The notes under the pieces are model-generated. The model saw only the letters and a program-made list of their open reading frames with translations. It ran no database searches and was not told the origin of the DNA. A stretch of 64,000 bases of DNA from Perkinsus chesapeaki ATCC PRA-425 (Eukaryota > Protista > Perkinsozoa). A program made the position numbers and the translations under genes. Each line of letters begins with the position of its first letter. Within the stretch, counting starts at the first letter, position 1. Location: contig JAAPAO010000071.1 of the NCBI GenBank assembly GCA_013115145.1, positions 1 through 64,000 on the forward strand, written 5' to 3'. Shown here piece by piece: positions 39,424 to 53,014 of this stretch.

Positions 39424-41127
39424 ATGGCATTCGTTCCCGATCCCAAGATAGCCGAAAAGTGGCCTTTCTACCTCGCAGGCAAGCCCGTCTACGCCAACGG
39501 TGATCTCAACGTCACCGACAAATACACCGGTAACGTAGTTTGCCATGTTGCCCTGGCCCATGAGGCCGATATTGACAAAGCTATCGAGAAGGCACACTCT
39601 GCCGAGAAGAAGATGGCCCAGATGCCGGCCTATCAGCGAAAGGCAGTTCTGTTGCACTGCGTTGCCGAGTTCCGCAAGCGATTCGATGAGCTGGCATACT
39701 GCCTTTGCATCGAGGCCGGCAAGCCCATCGTCGATGCCAGAGGAGAGGTTAACCGTCTTATTGATACTTTCGAGATTGCTGCTGAGGAGTGCACTCGTAT
39801 GTATGGCGAATGGTCTACCATGGAGCTGTCTGACCGCAACCGTGGCCTACAGCAGATCTACAAGCGTGTGCCTAAGGGAACTATCTCAATGATTGCACCC
39901 TTCAATTTCCCCCTCAACTTGGCCGCCCATAAGATAGCTCCCGCCATTGCAGTTGGGTAAGTAATTGCCGCTGCACTTCATGTCGAATGTGTTCTCATTA
40001 GATGCCCCTTCGTATTGAAGCCAGCCAGTGCCACTCCTCTCGGCGCCCTCATCATCGGTGAGATCCTATCCAACTGCCCTGACTTCCCCAAGGAAGCCTT
40101 CTCCATCCTACCCTGCTCTAGGAACGGTCAGTTGCCGTTGATTCGGGCGATCATTGCATTTTTGTCGACTCAGGTGCCGACTTGTTCACCACTGACGAGC
40201 GTTTCAAGCTCCTATCCTTCACAGGGAGTCCTCAAGTTGGTTGGGACATGAAGGCCAGAGTAAGCTCTCGGCTGGTAACAATTGTTAAGATCCTTCCTAG
40301 GCTGGTAAGAAGCCCGTTGTGCTCGAGCTCGGCGGCAATGCTGCGTGCGTGGTTGACTCTATTCCACAAGAGGGTCTTGACTACCTTGTCAACCGCATTG
40401 CATTCGGTGCCTACTATCAATCCGGCCAGAGTTGCATCTCAACCCAGCGCCTTTACATCAGGGATACTATTTATGATGAGGCAAGAAAGGCCTTCTATAC
40501 CGCCCCAGCAGTTATAGTTTTATCAGGTGATGGAGGCTTTGACCAAAAAGGTTAAGTCATTGAAGATGGGTGACCCCAAGTTGGAGACTACCTTCGTCGG
40601 GCCTATGATTTCCGAGAAGGAAGCCAGTCGTCTCCATGGATGGATTGAGGAGGCCAAGCAGTTGAACTGCACTGTTCTCTGCGGTGGCGGCCGTCAAGGC
40701 TGCATGGTCGAGCCCACCCTACTAGCCGACGTCCCAATCGACGCCACTGCTTGGAGGGAGGAGGCGTTCGGACCCCTTCTGTGCGCTACCAAGTTCAGTG
40801 ACTTCAAGGATGTTATTGATGCCGTTAACGATTCCAAGTAGCTTGTTACTGTCCTCGTCGATGGTTTCAGTGTCGTGTGTTCTTAGGTACGGTATCCATG
40901 CCGGTATCTTCACCACCGACATGAACCGTGCGTTCTATGCCTGGGACAACCTCGAGGTCGGCGGTGTCGTCATCAATGATGTCCCCAGTATCCGTGTGGA
41001 TGCCGAGCCTTATGGTGGTGTGAAGGACTCTGGTATCGGCAAGGAAGGTGTTCGATACGCTATGGAAGATATGACCGAGATTCGCACGATGCTTATTAAG
41101 AATGTTGGCAGTGCTGATAAGATATAA
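39424..41127 (+). CDS. Aldehyde dehydrogenase, ALDH21/RNP123-like
   Basis: [10 protein letters not shown]...EAGKPI..ARGEV.R...[28 protein letters not shown]...SFTGS...LELGGNAA...QSCIS (catalytic Cys)...EEAFGP...[13 protein letters not shown]. Confidence 0.93.
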
Positions 41128-41688
41128 ATCTCACTAAATGAGTTCACTTATGAGTTTTGCTCGAGGTTCGTCTGCATTTGCCAGTGAACGGTGAATGTTG
41201 CTAATGTATAGCCCTTGCCGTTTCTATATTTTAACAGAGTCGAGTTGGTAGTGTAAGCGCGAAGAGGATGGACTACTCCTCCTGTTTGGGCCCGACCAAT
41301 CAGGTATATAGAGCTCGGCTGATCCCCTCGCCCATTCCGTCCGGTACCCGAGTTACCATAATCTCACCGATCGTCGCTGTGGTCGGATTATGAGATACGC
41401 GGGAAAACTCAGTCTATAAAATGACCACTAATTGACGCACGTGTTGAACATCCGACAGGTGGGGGTGATAATTGGTGTAACTTGTTCCTCCTAGTAACTC
41501 AACAAAATGAGTAACACACTCATTGGCTGATGTTGATATGAAATGCTATGAATTAGATGCTGTATCACGGCCGGGGTAGGGGTATCCAATCATGAGTCCC
41601 AAGTCTTGTTATCGTACTTGTTACCTAATAATAGAACTAGCAGACGCACTAGAATCAGCGCACGAGACATCGGTGGTTCGATCACCTC

Positions 41689-43964
41689 TCAAAGCACATC
41701 CTCGTCGAGTCCGTAGTTATGGACTGATGAGTGGTCAAGTAGAGGTGATTTCACAATTGAATTGAAAGCAAGACGAACAGCAATCTTATCTTACGAAATC
41801 TCACCGGGGATTGGTATCTCCGCAGTGGCACGCTCTGGGTGATCTGCAATGGCGCCGGCCTGCTAGCCAAGCCTGTAGGTGGTGTGAAGGCGTATGTTGG
41901 CGCTTGCGGTGCTATAGGGCTGAACAAACGATACTGCGGGAAGAGGACGGGTGGGGTCATCGTTGTGAAATTAGACTGGAGAGTCTGTGACTGAAAGGGC
42001 ATACGAGTTAACATCATCACATCTTAACTGGCTTACTCGGACCGCGCGTGTTGGCGGAGTGATCCATCTACGGATAACTACATTTGATCGTTGTGATCCA
42101 CCAAGACTGACCAAGAGATGCAACGTGAGAACTATCCAGGCTTACTCAGTGTAGGCCGATTGCCTTGCCTCTTCAGCTGCCGCTTTAACAACTTGTCCGA
42201 CTGGTTGTGATTTACTCTGATCTGTAGTAGTTCTACGAACATTGACTTGCCGCGCCTGCCAGAAGTCAATGGGTGGCCCTGTCGCATCACCAACTCCTCA
42301 CTTCACTGTCTGATTTGTTGTCGTTCTCCGCTGCAGTATCCACATGTTTCATCTCCGGTGTACTTGGCGGTAATAGAGTTGATTGAATAGGCTTGTCGGG
42401 CTTAACAACATCACATGCTCAGAATCGTTCCCGATCTAACCCACTGAAGGTTTCTCATTCGGCACCTCCTCTTCTTCACTATCATTATGGATATCACTGT
42501 CACTGTCATCCCTATCCTCATCATTTAGTCGTACAATCCGATGCCCAGTCGCCCCAGGAGTCCTCAACATGCCCCAAGTAGTGATGGGACCTCCAGAGCC
42601 TAACGCACACTGTTAGCCAAGGCTAACAGCAGTAGCAAACCCTACTGGTTGAGCTTATTCTTCCAGCAGTTCTCTGCCTCCTTCTTGCTGGACTGAGCCA
42701 AGGCACACCACCAGTACCAGCTCCCATGTCCAAGGCATGTACTGGACGGAACATGTCACCGGGTAACTCTAGAGCAGTCGAATCTTCAGGCTCCTGAAAG
42801 TATCAGAAATGACGTTATTAACCACCCGTTTTACAATGTATTTAATAGCACTATATAGTATAAAATGGATATATAATACACCCCGGCTACTAGTGTAGTG
42901 TTTACTAATGAGTAAGGTATTGGTGTATTAATGTGCAGTAACATAATCATACTTATGTTATACAAAGCGGTGATTATTATATAAGGTAACATCATAGAAC
43001 AGTTAGATGTTGCATACCCTTTCGGCCTCAACTTCATCGTGACATTCTTTCAAAGCATCGCCTGGGTTGACCCCGAGGCCTTCATCAGAAAGGCGGCTCT
43101 GAATAGCAAAGTGGAATACCTCATATGCGGCAAATCATATGTCACCTCTCTGAATCGTCCAGTGGTAGATTTACCCAAAGATTGGCTGAACGATAGTGGC
43201 GATGATCTGCTGGACAATCGAGTTGATAACTCCTCTGAAAGGGGGATGTGAGGAGGAGAGTATTATTGTCAATATTCACTATCACTGCTGATCACTGGTC
43301 AGACAGAGATAGTCTACCGCAAAGCATAAAAGACAGACATCTCGTGTCGCTTGAGAATGTTGGTGTATCTCATAACGGCAACCCGTACTGTCCAGAACAG
43401 ACTGTGTTATTAAATCTTCACTATTAATGGGGCATTGCTTCAGTACTGATATTACGAGACTCAACGAAGCGTTGCTGTGCAGCTTAGGACTTCAGCGTGA
43501 GAAATAAACTGTAATCGAATGACCTCATCAAAAACTAAACGACCACACGACAACTTAACAGTCTATAATACCGTCGGTTAACAATGTGAAAAGTGCCAAT
43601 GTCAACACCGATAAAGATACCATACCTATCATCAGTTTCACTTCCCTCAACTTGTATCAACATACTCGATCACTTCAATGCTTTGTCTCTCTATTTCCAT
43701 AATAATGTTACGTTCTAGCTTGGCGAGATCGTTTTTATCTGGTTACGCTTTACCATCAGCAACAATGCAGTGCTGACCTATCCCATAAGATTGCCGTCTT
43801 GGCCTGGCAGTAGGGAGGACAGTCTCTCTAAGTCTATTGGATGGTAACGGTGAGAAGTTCTCAAGGTCAGATTCCCTGGCATCATGCCAAGAGCTCGGCG
43901 GGCTTGTACTGAACTCAGAAGCCACTTTGCCAAATACTTCCCTTCTGTGACGTATAGCGCTCAT
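41689..43964 (-). CDS. Hypothetical multi-exon, largely disordered protein; boundaries approximate
   Basis: MSAIRHRREVFGK... / DKNDLAKLERNIIMEIERQ / SPEDSTALELPGDMFRP... / QSQTLQSNFTTMTPP... separated by GT-AG introns. Confidence 0.45.
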
Positions 43965-44748
43965 TTCAGTTGTATAATAATATACACTGAAAAATATTAA
44001 TATAGAGATGGTGTGATAATTTACATATATAATAGTACAAGAGTATAATAATAATATTAGTTAGCTCTGATTGACACCTTATTAGTCTCATACTATAATT
44101 AAGTAATAAAGTCCTACTAGTCAAGAACCTGAAGCACAGTGCTTAAACGACGAAAAGCGTTTCAAAACCAAAACGAAACCGATACGCGAGACTTTCTGAA
44201 CGAAGCTTCGATAACACTTCGACAAACACGTGAAAGATAAACAAACATCGTGAACGAATTAGTCCGGACTCAGGAGAAGTCGCTTCGGTCATGTCTCATG
44301 TGGACCAAGCGAGGCAAATCTCGTACGCGCATAGATATTAAGTGCCCGCCTTTGAATTTTTGATGACTGATGCCTACAATCTGCGGTACATTGATTGGAG
44401 TTCATCCAAACTCATCGCAGCGGGTAGATTTACAGGTTCCTCTGCGACTTAAGTTATTCGATATTGGAATAGTTTCTGTGATTCTCATATGGACAATCTC
44501 ACGGCATAATGCTTGGGAATAGACTGCGGGTTTGTGGAGCTCATCGTCAATATGAATGATGACGTGATATTAAGTTTTAAGTATTTATTATTATGAGTTC
44601 GTACTGGTCATAGTTCCCCTCGTTTCACTGTATAATAACCTTCCTGTCTTACTAGTAGCTTATTGACTATAACAACACAGTGCCATTCAGTTAAGGAACA
44701 TCAATAGTAGCAATAGTACCATTATCGAATACACCATTAACATGACTA

Positions 44749-46600
44749 TCACTTAGTAGGGCTATTATCAGTATAAACACCCAGGCGTCTAGGTGGCGGA
44801 CCAAACTTCGCTCCGCCGTATCCAAATGCACCTTTTTGCGTCGTTTCATGCCCCGAAGGTTTCTTCACCGACGTCGAGAATTTCTGACACTCTTGTGTGA
44901 CCTAAAACAATATGTCGTCGAATCGGGGAAATCTGCCAAGGCACCTTTTTCGCTATGAAATTTGACTTTGCATCCAGCGCCTTCACAGACGTGTTGTAAT
45001 TACGCCGTGCCAGCTCCACCATCCGTTCCCCTCGACGCGCCACGGCTTCGATATCAGCCATATGCCTTTTAGCCAGGAGACTGCCAAACGCAATTCTCCC
45101 ACGGAAGACATTTTCCCACTACCGTTTGTTGACCGCGAATTGATGCTGCCGTTTCCGTACACAATCCTCGAACTCCCTTTGCCGTAACGACTCAGCCTGC
45201 ACCCGACATCTGAAATGCCCCATGCACTCCCATCTCTGTAGCGTACGAACCCTACTGTTCCGCCCCGTCGAAGTCGCCTATCATCGCCAGGCGTTGTTCA
45301 GTCTTCATTAGATTCCTCAGCGATGAGCTCCATGTGTGTGGTGGCGCCTCTACCTCATTGGCGTAGGCTTCTTCCAGCTCTGTGAGTTCCCGTCTGGAAG
45401 GCAATGCTACCACGGCAGGCCCTTGTTCAGGCCTACTCGTGTTGGGCAACTAAACGGTCCTTGGTAGCTGTGATTAGCTGGTCTATCCTGTGCCGCTCCT
45501 CCATGAACCTAACAACGGTAATACGCCATTTCCCGCGAGAGTGTCGACTTTGCCGAAATCAGTCTTTCAAGTCCAGTCTGATACAACTATGCTTCGGTAG
45601 AGTACATATTATATACTCTAAATAATAGTGTATTATACAATAAACCCCAGCGTTTCATCACCATGCCCCTATTACCGTGTCTCGAACCTCTCCCTCATTG
45701 CCTGCCATGATTCCGTCAATTGTTCCTGCTTTACTGCCGCCAGGTGTTCCACACGTTTCTCTATCATCTTATCATATTCCTCCCTAGCAGTCTTCAGCCG
45801 TTCTAAATACCCCCTATTAACATTACCACTAGTCCACCTTACTCCGCAAGGCCCCTGCTTTCCTGTACCGTCCCTGTGTGGTGGCCTCAGTCATTTCCGA
45901 TCCCAGTTTTATTATTTCATCTTGCTTCTGTAAAAGAGCACTATTATAGACCTCAGCGCTTAGGCTGCTCGTTGATGGAGTACCAGGATCTGTAATATTT
46001 TCATACCGTACTTTCCTCAAATCATCCTTACCTCTGGATGGCAAAGCCTGCCTCGCTACCACAACAGGGCTTGCATATTTCCTGTCTGTTAAGGTAACCA
46101 CCTTATTAAGAATGACTATAAGCGGTGAGTGATAGTATTACTTCATTATCTGTCAGCCCTCCTTGAGCTGACATTGTGAGTGACGAATTCAGCTTCAGCA
46201 CTTTGTTTAGTGAATATCTTGCTAGACTTGCTAAGTCTTGCATTTCCTTAACGATTCTTTTCGAGTGCGCAATCTATACTATAAAGTCTCTCAAGATTGC
46301 CCTCGCTCATCCTGGTGGGGGCGACGTGTTCCGAATGTCGTTCATCAACCATATTGCGTTAAGTTGCTTTCCTTCGGAGGAGTAGAGTTCAACTTGGGGT
46401 GGAGCAAGATGGCGCAACTAACCCAGAGCATTACCGTGAAGCTTATTTTTGAAACCCTGTCCGATATATCGGCTCTATAGTATATCAATCTTGATACTGG
46501 GCAGCCTTCCTTTAGATCTTAACGACCTGAAGTAGAACTGTGATGCCAAGTGAGGTAACAGCGTCACGCCATGCGTCCCTTCAATAAAGCACTTAGCACT
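44749..46600 (-). CDS. Hypothetical coiled-coil protein, multi-exon; start approximate
   Basis: Helical exons in phase: RELTELEEAYANE...SSLRNLMKTEQRLAMIGDFDGAEQ / LLAKRHMADIEAVARRGERMVELARRNY... Confidence 0.5.
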
Positions 46601-46779
46601 ATAACCATTCCACGTCAAAGCTCATCCTTCTTTTCGAAGATAAGGGATATTTTGCTTCAAGTAACCATACATTTGTGCGACGCTTGAACCACTCACGGTG
46701 ACCACTGGATTAGCTTTATCACTTGAAGTTCACCAAAATTGCCAAGATCAAGTTGATCTTATCAGTTTTCCTGGCTCAT

Positions 46780-49700
46780 ATGGCCGCCTCACCTGCACCT
46801 ATGCGTTGGGCAATCTTCATGCTAGTAGCAACACTGGTGTATGGTCAATGGGATCAATGCAATGACCCTTTTAATGGATTTAACAAGTCTCGACAATTCG
46901 ACTATTTCCCGTCAAGTGTATCTTACTTTTCCGACCACTCCACAACCATCAGGAACTACCAGTCTTATAAGTAGACGACCTCCTCACAGATTTAACGACC
47001 TTCTTTTGTAGGTATTATTCCACTCTAGAACTCCTATCAGAACCATCAGTATGGGTTAAAGTCCTTCTCGTCCGATGTGGCACCGAGGACCCCTCTGTGC
47101 AAGACCCTGGCAGCTTCAGAGACTACATACGTGTAGCTACACCGGTGAAAGAGCTTGGACTCACGGAGACGTTGATGGTGAGAGCGGGATTGATTCCTTA
47201 TGAGCGTTCTTCTAGGTTGGTCTGCTTGACAAAGGCATCGGTAAACTGGCCCGTGTGGCTGCCTATCTGAACAAGGAGGATCTTAACCTCCCGGCAGAGC
47301 CCCAGCTCATCGCCAGGCTCCCCCAGGTATACGGTACAATGTCAACTTCGCAATATATGCCTCCAGATCCAAACCTGGCAATGCGATGCGACTCTTCCCG
47401 AGGCTGAATGTGTTAAGGAATCTGGTTGTTCCTTCATCGGTGGTAAGTGCTCTGGGGCATATGGTGGCCCTAATAACGCCACCAAGCTCAACGAACTCAA
47501 TGTAACATGAACCCACTGCTCGGCTATGATTGTTTGCCTCAGTTATCTGCTATCATCGTCTCCTCCGGGTCGGTCGATGCCTATAAGGCTGTCACCCCGA
47601 CCCCTGTACTGCCCTTCAGCGAGAGGTTCGAAGGTAGTCCCTTAGGGAGGCTCACATGGCTGCTGTTCATGGGCCTTCTAACTGATGCTGTAGGGCTCTC
47701 ACCACTTCTACTATCACCACCTCTTGGTTCAGTATAGCGCCGCCTCCTCCCACTTTTTAAGCACTCGGTCCAGCTACATGCAAGTTGCCGCTCTTGCGGC
47801 TAGGTCAGCTTATAAGCCATCAGTGTGGATGGGTACGGCATTTCCAGGATATGATTGGTAACATATGCGGTATAGCAAATCAACGGTATCGATTTTTTCT
47901 AGGTACTTTCCCAAGCCAGATTCGTATGTAGCCAAGATGATGGATGATGCCCATGTCTACTACATGTTCTCTCCGAGTAACGCTCGTGCGCTGGCTCAAC
48001 CATTGCAGACTCTGGGGCATTCCGGACAGGTAAGCAGCATGGTCTCATAGTTACTACCTTGAGTAGAGGGGAAATATGTTAATTAACTATACTATTATAT
48101 AATTAATGATATTAATTATAATGATTTGTTTTATTTATCGTTACCTCGAAGAAGTTATCGGATATTAGCTCACGTGTTGTAACGTCGTCAAATTGGTGAT
48201 AAAACAAGGCAGATTTCCACACAGATTGTCCGCGCTTTTTTACATACAAGAACGGTTGGAACCATTGTGCGCCTAGGTATTCGTCGGCTGCCTTTTTAAG
48301 GGGACTTTCATAATGTGAATTATCTCACCGAAGTATCTCAATAACGATTTTTCCTGAAGGATTGGAATTGGCTCTAACATCCTCTATTGACTAATGCCAG
48401 GTTAATAACACTCCAGAGGCTCTAGAAGGACCCGGTAATACTGCGGTATATGCCCAAGGTGCCGAGTACTACCTACCCAGAGCTGGATTGACTGAAAATA
48501 AGGTAAGCCGATTAACCGGAGAGTCCTAACGCTCCTGGTAGGTTTCCGAAGTCGTTGCCCGGAATACAGCGATAGATCTTAAAACGTGGCGTGGCGTGAA
48601 GTGCAGTGGTGGGCTTATTGACTATAATAAAGGCGGCTTCCCCAACCCTGTGTTCTACGATGGCATTGTCAATCCGGACCTACTGCTCAAGGATGTGGTC
48701 TATCTTACACATCCAGATCTCAGAGGTACTGACTGCTGCTAAGTGATGGTGGACTAGGTACGCTCTGGTGCCAGGTGCTATGGACTATGACACTGTCTAT
48801 TATATGGCATACGAGCAGGACATGGCTGAGCTTCAGTGCCCAGTACCAAACCGTATTCCTGTTGTTCCACCCGAGAGCGGCAAGACTATGATTGTGTCCG
48901 TCTATAAGGTAGTGAGGGTTATCACATATAAGAAGCCTACCCTTCGAAATGTAATAGTACTGCTGCTGTTAAAGGTTAACAAGCTAACCTTATAAATGAT
49001 AACTTCTACTTTGCATTCTGAAGCTTATGGCCAGGGGTATAATTTTTCACAAATCTTTTGTACTTGGTAGACATTCTGAAGGTGAGGGAGAATATGAAGT
49101 TTTAGTAAGGGAACGTGGGCAGTACCTTCGTAGAAAGTATGAGGTGTGGCGCCGCGATGCAAATGTGGTTAAGTTAGTAACTCTGCAATTGTGCTGGAGT
49201 GAGCTGGCGTCATCTTCTCGAGTACTAAGATATCTCTATGTTCACCTCTTTAGATCACTGGTATACGAAGGCAACTTATAGATATAGGCCTATATGAGCC
49301 CTCAGCACCGGGCAAAGTATCCCTCTATGAGGAGCTTAAGGGGAAACTGAAGGCGGAGGAGCTCAACTTGGGCTTTGCAGCAGACGCCTTCACAGGGACT
49401 GGTCGACGATTAGCTGATGATAATGCTGATTTATTCCTCAAAGTTGTTACTTTGGTAATAAACCACTGTTCTTGGGAAAGTACTCCCTCGCGTTCACCAT
49501 CATTGTTCCGAGTAAACATCACAAAAAGTGTGTCTCCTATCCCCGTTCAATATATTAATTTTGCAACTCTGTCTCCTACTCGGAGCTCATTTGATGTAGG
49601 TTGCTGACAATGACGCCTCGGAGGGTTTCAAGTTCGCATCGGGTGCAGCTGCTGCCTCGATAACATCCTGGCTCAACGGTCAATCTAATGAGGGTGGCTC

Positions 49701-50104
49701 CCCCACTGCTCAACTTGATGGTGAACCGTTAGTCTACGGGAGAGGTACTCTACTACCTGTCACCACCACTAGACTACCAATTGCTCCATATTCAATTTCA
49801 GGTCCGTCTGATGGAGGCAGTGATGGTCTCTCGGCTGGTGCAATAGTTGGTATCACCCTGGGATCAGTAGTAGTATTTCTCCTACTAGTATTCCTAGCAT
49901 ATCTAATATATAGAAGGTAACCCTTTTCCTCCAAGAGCTAACCGTTGCAGCTCTATCAGGTATCGCAAGAGAAATGAAGAAGAGCAGCGTCTTCGTGAAT
50001 GCCCTCAAGAAGCCGATGTCGAGAATCCCTCAGTAATTGGAGTGTCTAAGGCCGCCGAGGGCTCCTCCAGTCCCGCAGCATCAGCGGGACTCGTCGTACA
50101 GTGA
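46780..50104 (+). CDS. Type-I membrane protein with periplasmic-binding (helical-backbone, BtuF/CBA1-like) ectodomain
   Basis: Signal peptide MRWAIFMLVATLVYG; FDYFP; LVRCGT; SERFEGSPLGRLTWLLFMG (cf. E..PLGRAEW.KF.G); YDGIVNPDLLLKDVVYLTHPDL (cf. PD.VL.D...I.HP); TM AGAIVGITLGSVVVFLLLVFLAYLIY then RRYRKR tail. Confidence 0.72.
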
Positions 50105-50564
50105 CGTTGATCGATCTGATGTTCTTGGTTTGTAGGGAAAAGTATCTTTTTTATTATTTGATGTCATCAGTTGTAGTAGTTATGTGAGTACTACTTCCAG
50201 CGAGTCTTTGGCGATTTGTGTTGCACCAGTTCAACGTATTTGACCTCAAACGTGCGGCGTCTCGTTAACATTATCGTAAGTAATGAGCTTCCTGATAATA
50301 TCCTCAGAATGAGAACTCAGCTTTCAATCGATATGATGTATTTACTCAACACACTGTGGTGTTTTTCTGACGAAAATTCTTGTGAAATTTCACAAAAAAA
50401 TCTGGTGAAGGGCAGTGTTGAGCACAGTGTATATGGATGTACTTGCTTCAGCCCCGAAGGGTTGGATGTGGGCCTGGAAAGGGATCTTCTCTTAGGTGGC
50501 GCTGATGCTTGTTTGTTATGCACATCCGAGAGGTCACCATTTCTCGAGACCGTCTCCGGTGGGG

Positions 50565-51908
50565 ATGTTCATTTCCATACGTCACTTTGTAGCAGTGCGA
50601 GGATCGGGTGTAAGTTTGAAATAATAGGAATTAGCGCATTAACTTGACCAGAACACGGTTCCTAAGAGCCAGATGCCGAGTTCTGCCTCTAGACAAAGGG
50701 CGCCTTTATTGAAGCGAACTTCAGATAGTGCAGCAAGTGAGTCTCTATATTATAACTATTCTGTTTTATAACAGAAAGAAGCTGTTGGCTTTTCTTGGGT
50801 GTTTCACTGTCATTACCGAATAGACTACTTGGAGAATATTTGCTACTTCCAGAAGAGATGGACTCCGTGTTACTTTTTACCATCCATAACTTCACAAGTC
50901 TCACAGTTCAAGTTTTATTCAGGATCATTAGCACCCGAGTCGGGACAAGCATTAGGAGGGTTAATGAAAGGACTAAAGGACCTCTTGCTTGGTCGAGAGG
51001 AGGATGCAGAGACCAAGGCTGGTCTTACTGGCTCATTACGGCATTCAGTCAGTGAAGGTGGGATCATAGGAGGAAGGATGGACAGGCCTGATCTCGATTG
51101 CAGCGCGGAAGCGGCGGAAAGACCAGGATGAGTTTGAACAGTATCGGTATATGGTGGAGGAGTTGATGAAACCTCACATGTGGACATATGGTGCATATAA
51201 AAACTATCAAGAGAAGGTCATACCATCTCGAGAGGAAGACATTTACAGGAATCTCGCAGGTGTTAGAGGCGTCAGGCGCCCACTCAATGCGAGCCAAGTT
51301 CTCGGAGGAATCGGCTGGCATTGAACACATTAAAAAAGGGATCAAAGTTTTGGCTGTAGTAATGCTGTATCCGTATAGACGAACGATGCATCACAGGCCA
51401 TGAACCCGATAGAGCTGGCTTCGAATCATAGAGATGTTTTTACAGAACGGTCTCGGAAGTTAATAGCAGAGAAGGCCGGCGTGACCAAGTAGGCGTTGCA
51501 GGCCACAGTAAGCACGGTGTTGGTGCTCAGGGAGTTTGTGAATCAAGTCATTATGGAGCACGATGCTTTGCGTGGCGATAGGAAATGGTAGGTGGCTACT
51601 AGAGGTAATCTATGGGCGCTTTAGGTATATGATAAGGAAACAATATAACATGCCAATGCCGAAGACATTCGAGGATCGAGAGTTCATGGCCAAATACGAT
51701 AGACCGAGGTCACAAATGGAGCGACAACAGTTCAAGAAAATGGTCGATAAATATCAGTACCGGGCACACTGAAATGGTGGGAATTATGTAAACTACTTGC
51801 ATCAGATTGTGGAATAGAACAAGATGGAGGCAACCGGTTATTACAGCTGCCTATAAGAGGCACAGGACATCTGGCTTCGATCGATGGCGAAAGGTTCCTG
51901 TTCGGTAG
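50565..51908 (+). CDS. Stand-alone Ffh/SRP54 M-domain-like protein with mitochondrial-type presequence
   Basis: Spliced IEHIKKGIKVLAAMNPIELASNHRDVFTERSRKLIAEKAGVTKEFVNQVIMEHDALR parallels Ffh IDSMTP.E..NP......SR..RIA.GSG....EVN.L; no GTPase domain; N-terminus MFISIRHFVAVRGSG. Confidence 0.6.
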
Positions 51909-53014
51909 GCTGTGATCCGAGTTGTATGGAGTTAGTTGTTATATCTCAGATGGTTCCCGAGATGGAAGAAGAACAACAGAGGCCCGAAGCCTGTTCACAT
52001 GTTACTGCGATAAAGTGTCATCGGGCATGTTAAGAGGTTTCCGTTTATTTACCCAAGACATTTAGTTAGTCAAGGATGAAGCACATAACTGATACACTTT
52101 GGCTATTGACTCAATGAGAAAGTATTTTAAGATAATATGTATCTTTTAAATAGAACCCTGGTCGGGTTGCTAAACTATTGTCATGAAGAAAATGCGGCGG
52201 AATTGCCGAGCTTTTGGTGTCCCGGAGAGCAGAAGTTTTGATTAAAAACATGAACCATTAAAGTCGCTGAACCCTTCATAGCTTGCATGCCGAGCACTTT
52301 TATTCTCCCGAATGAAAGTTCCACTAGTAACTAACCCGGTGAGCTAGTGATCACCATGACACAGCAGATCTCCAGTTGTATCTCATCAGGAATCACGTGC
52401 TTCACTTCGTCTTCCAAGCCAGCTTGCCGGTTGCCATGTGCGATGTTATCCTTCATGTACAAGCACTTAATCATTTCCAATCGCAGACTGCAAACCATAC
52501 CTCAAGGCCGCATGGGCATGGAAGCTTCGATATCCGCATCTCACATAATGTGAGTCACATTCTATTGCTATCCTTACGTGAGTAGTGCTGGGTTAATCGT
52601 GAGATCCGCCAGATGAAGCGGCATCGGTAATTTGGTTGCAACCAAGGGTAACAAGATACCACAATCGGATACCCTTCGAACCTCTTTCTGGGAGCGCAGT
52701 GCGCTACACAAGTCGTGCTATATAACTACACCACTCGTACACCTTCTGCTATTCAATAAATCACATGTCAATCAAACTGAAAGCAGGGCTTTGGTCAACT
52801 ACATTGTATGTATTTTATGTACTGAGCAGGGGTTGTACTGACGAGCCCCAAAAAGGCGTAACATGTTCCCTATTTTATGGAGTTGTTCTTGATCGATCTC
52901 TTAGTAACCCAAGACTATCTTCTTAAGTGATAATGGCGATAACAATAAAGGGACCAAAGAAAAAAAAGTTATTCTATTTAACCGACTAATCTATGTAGCA
53001 ACAATTGAGTGTGC

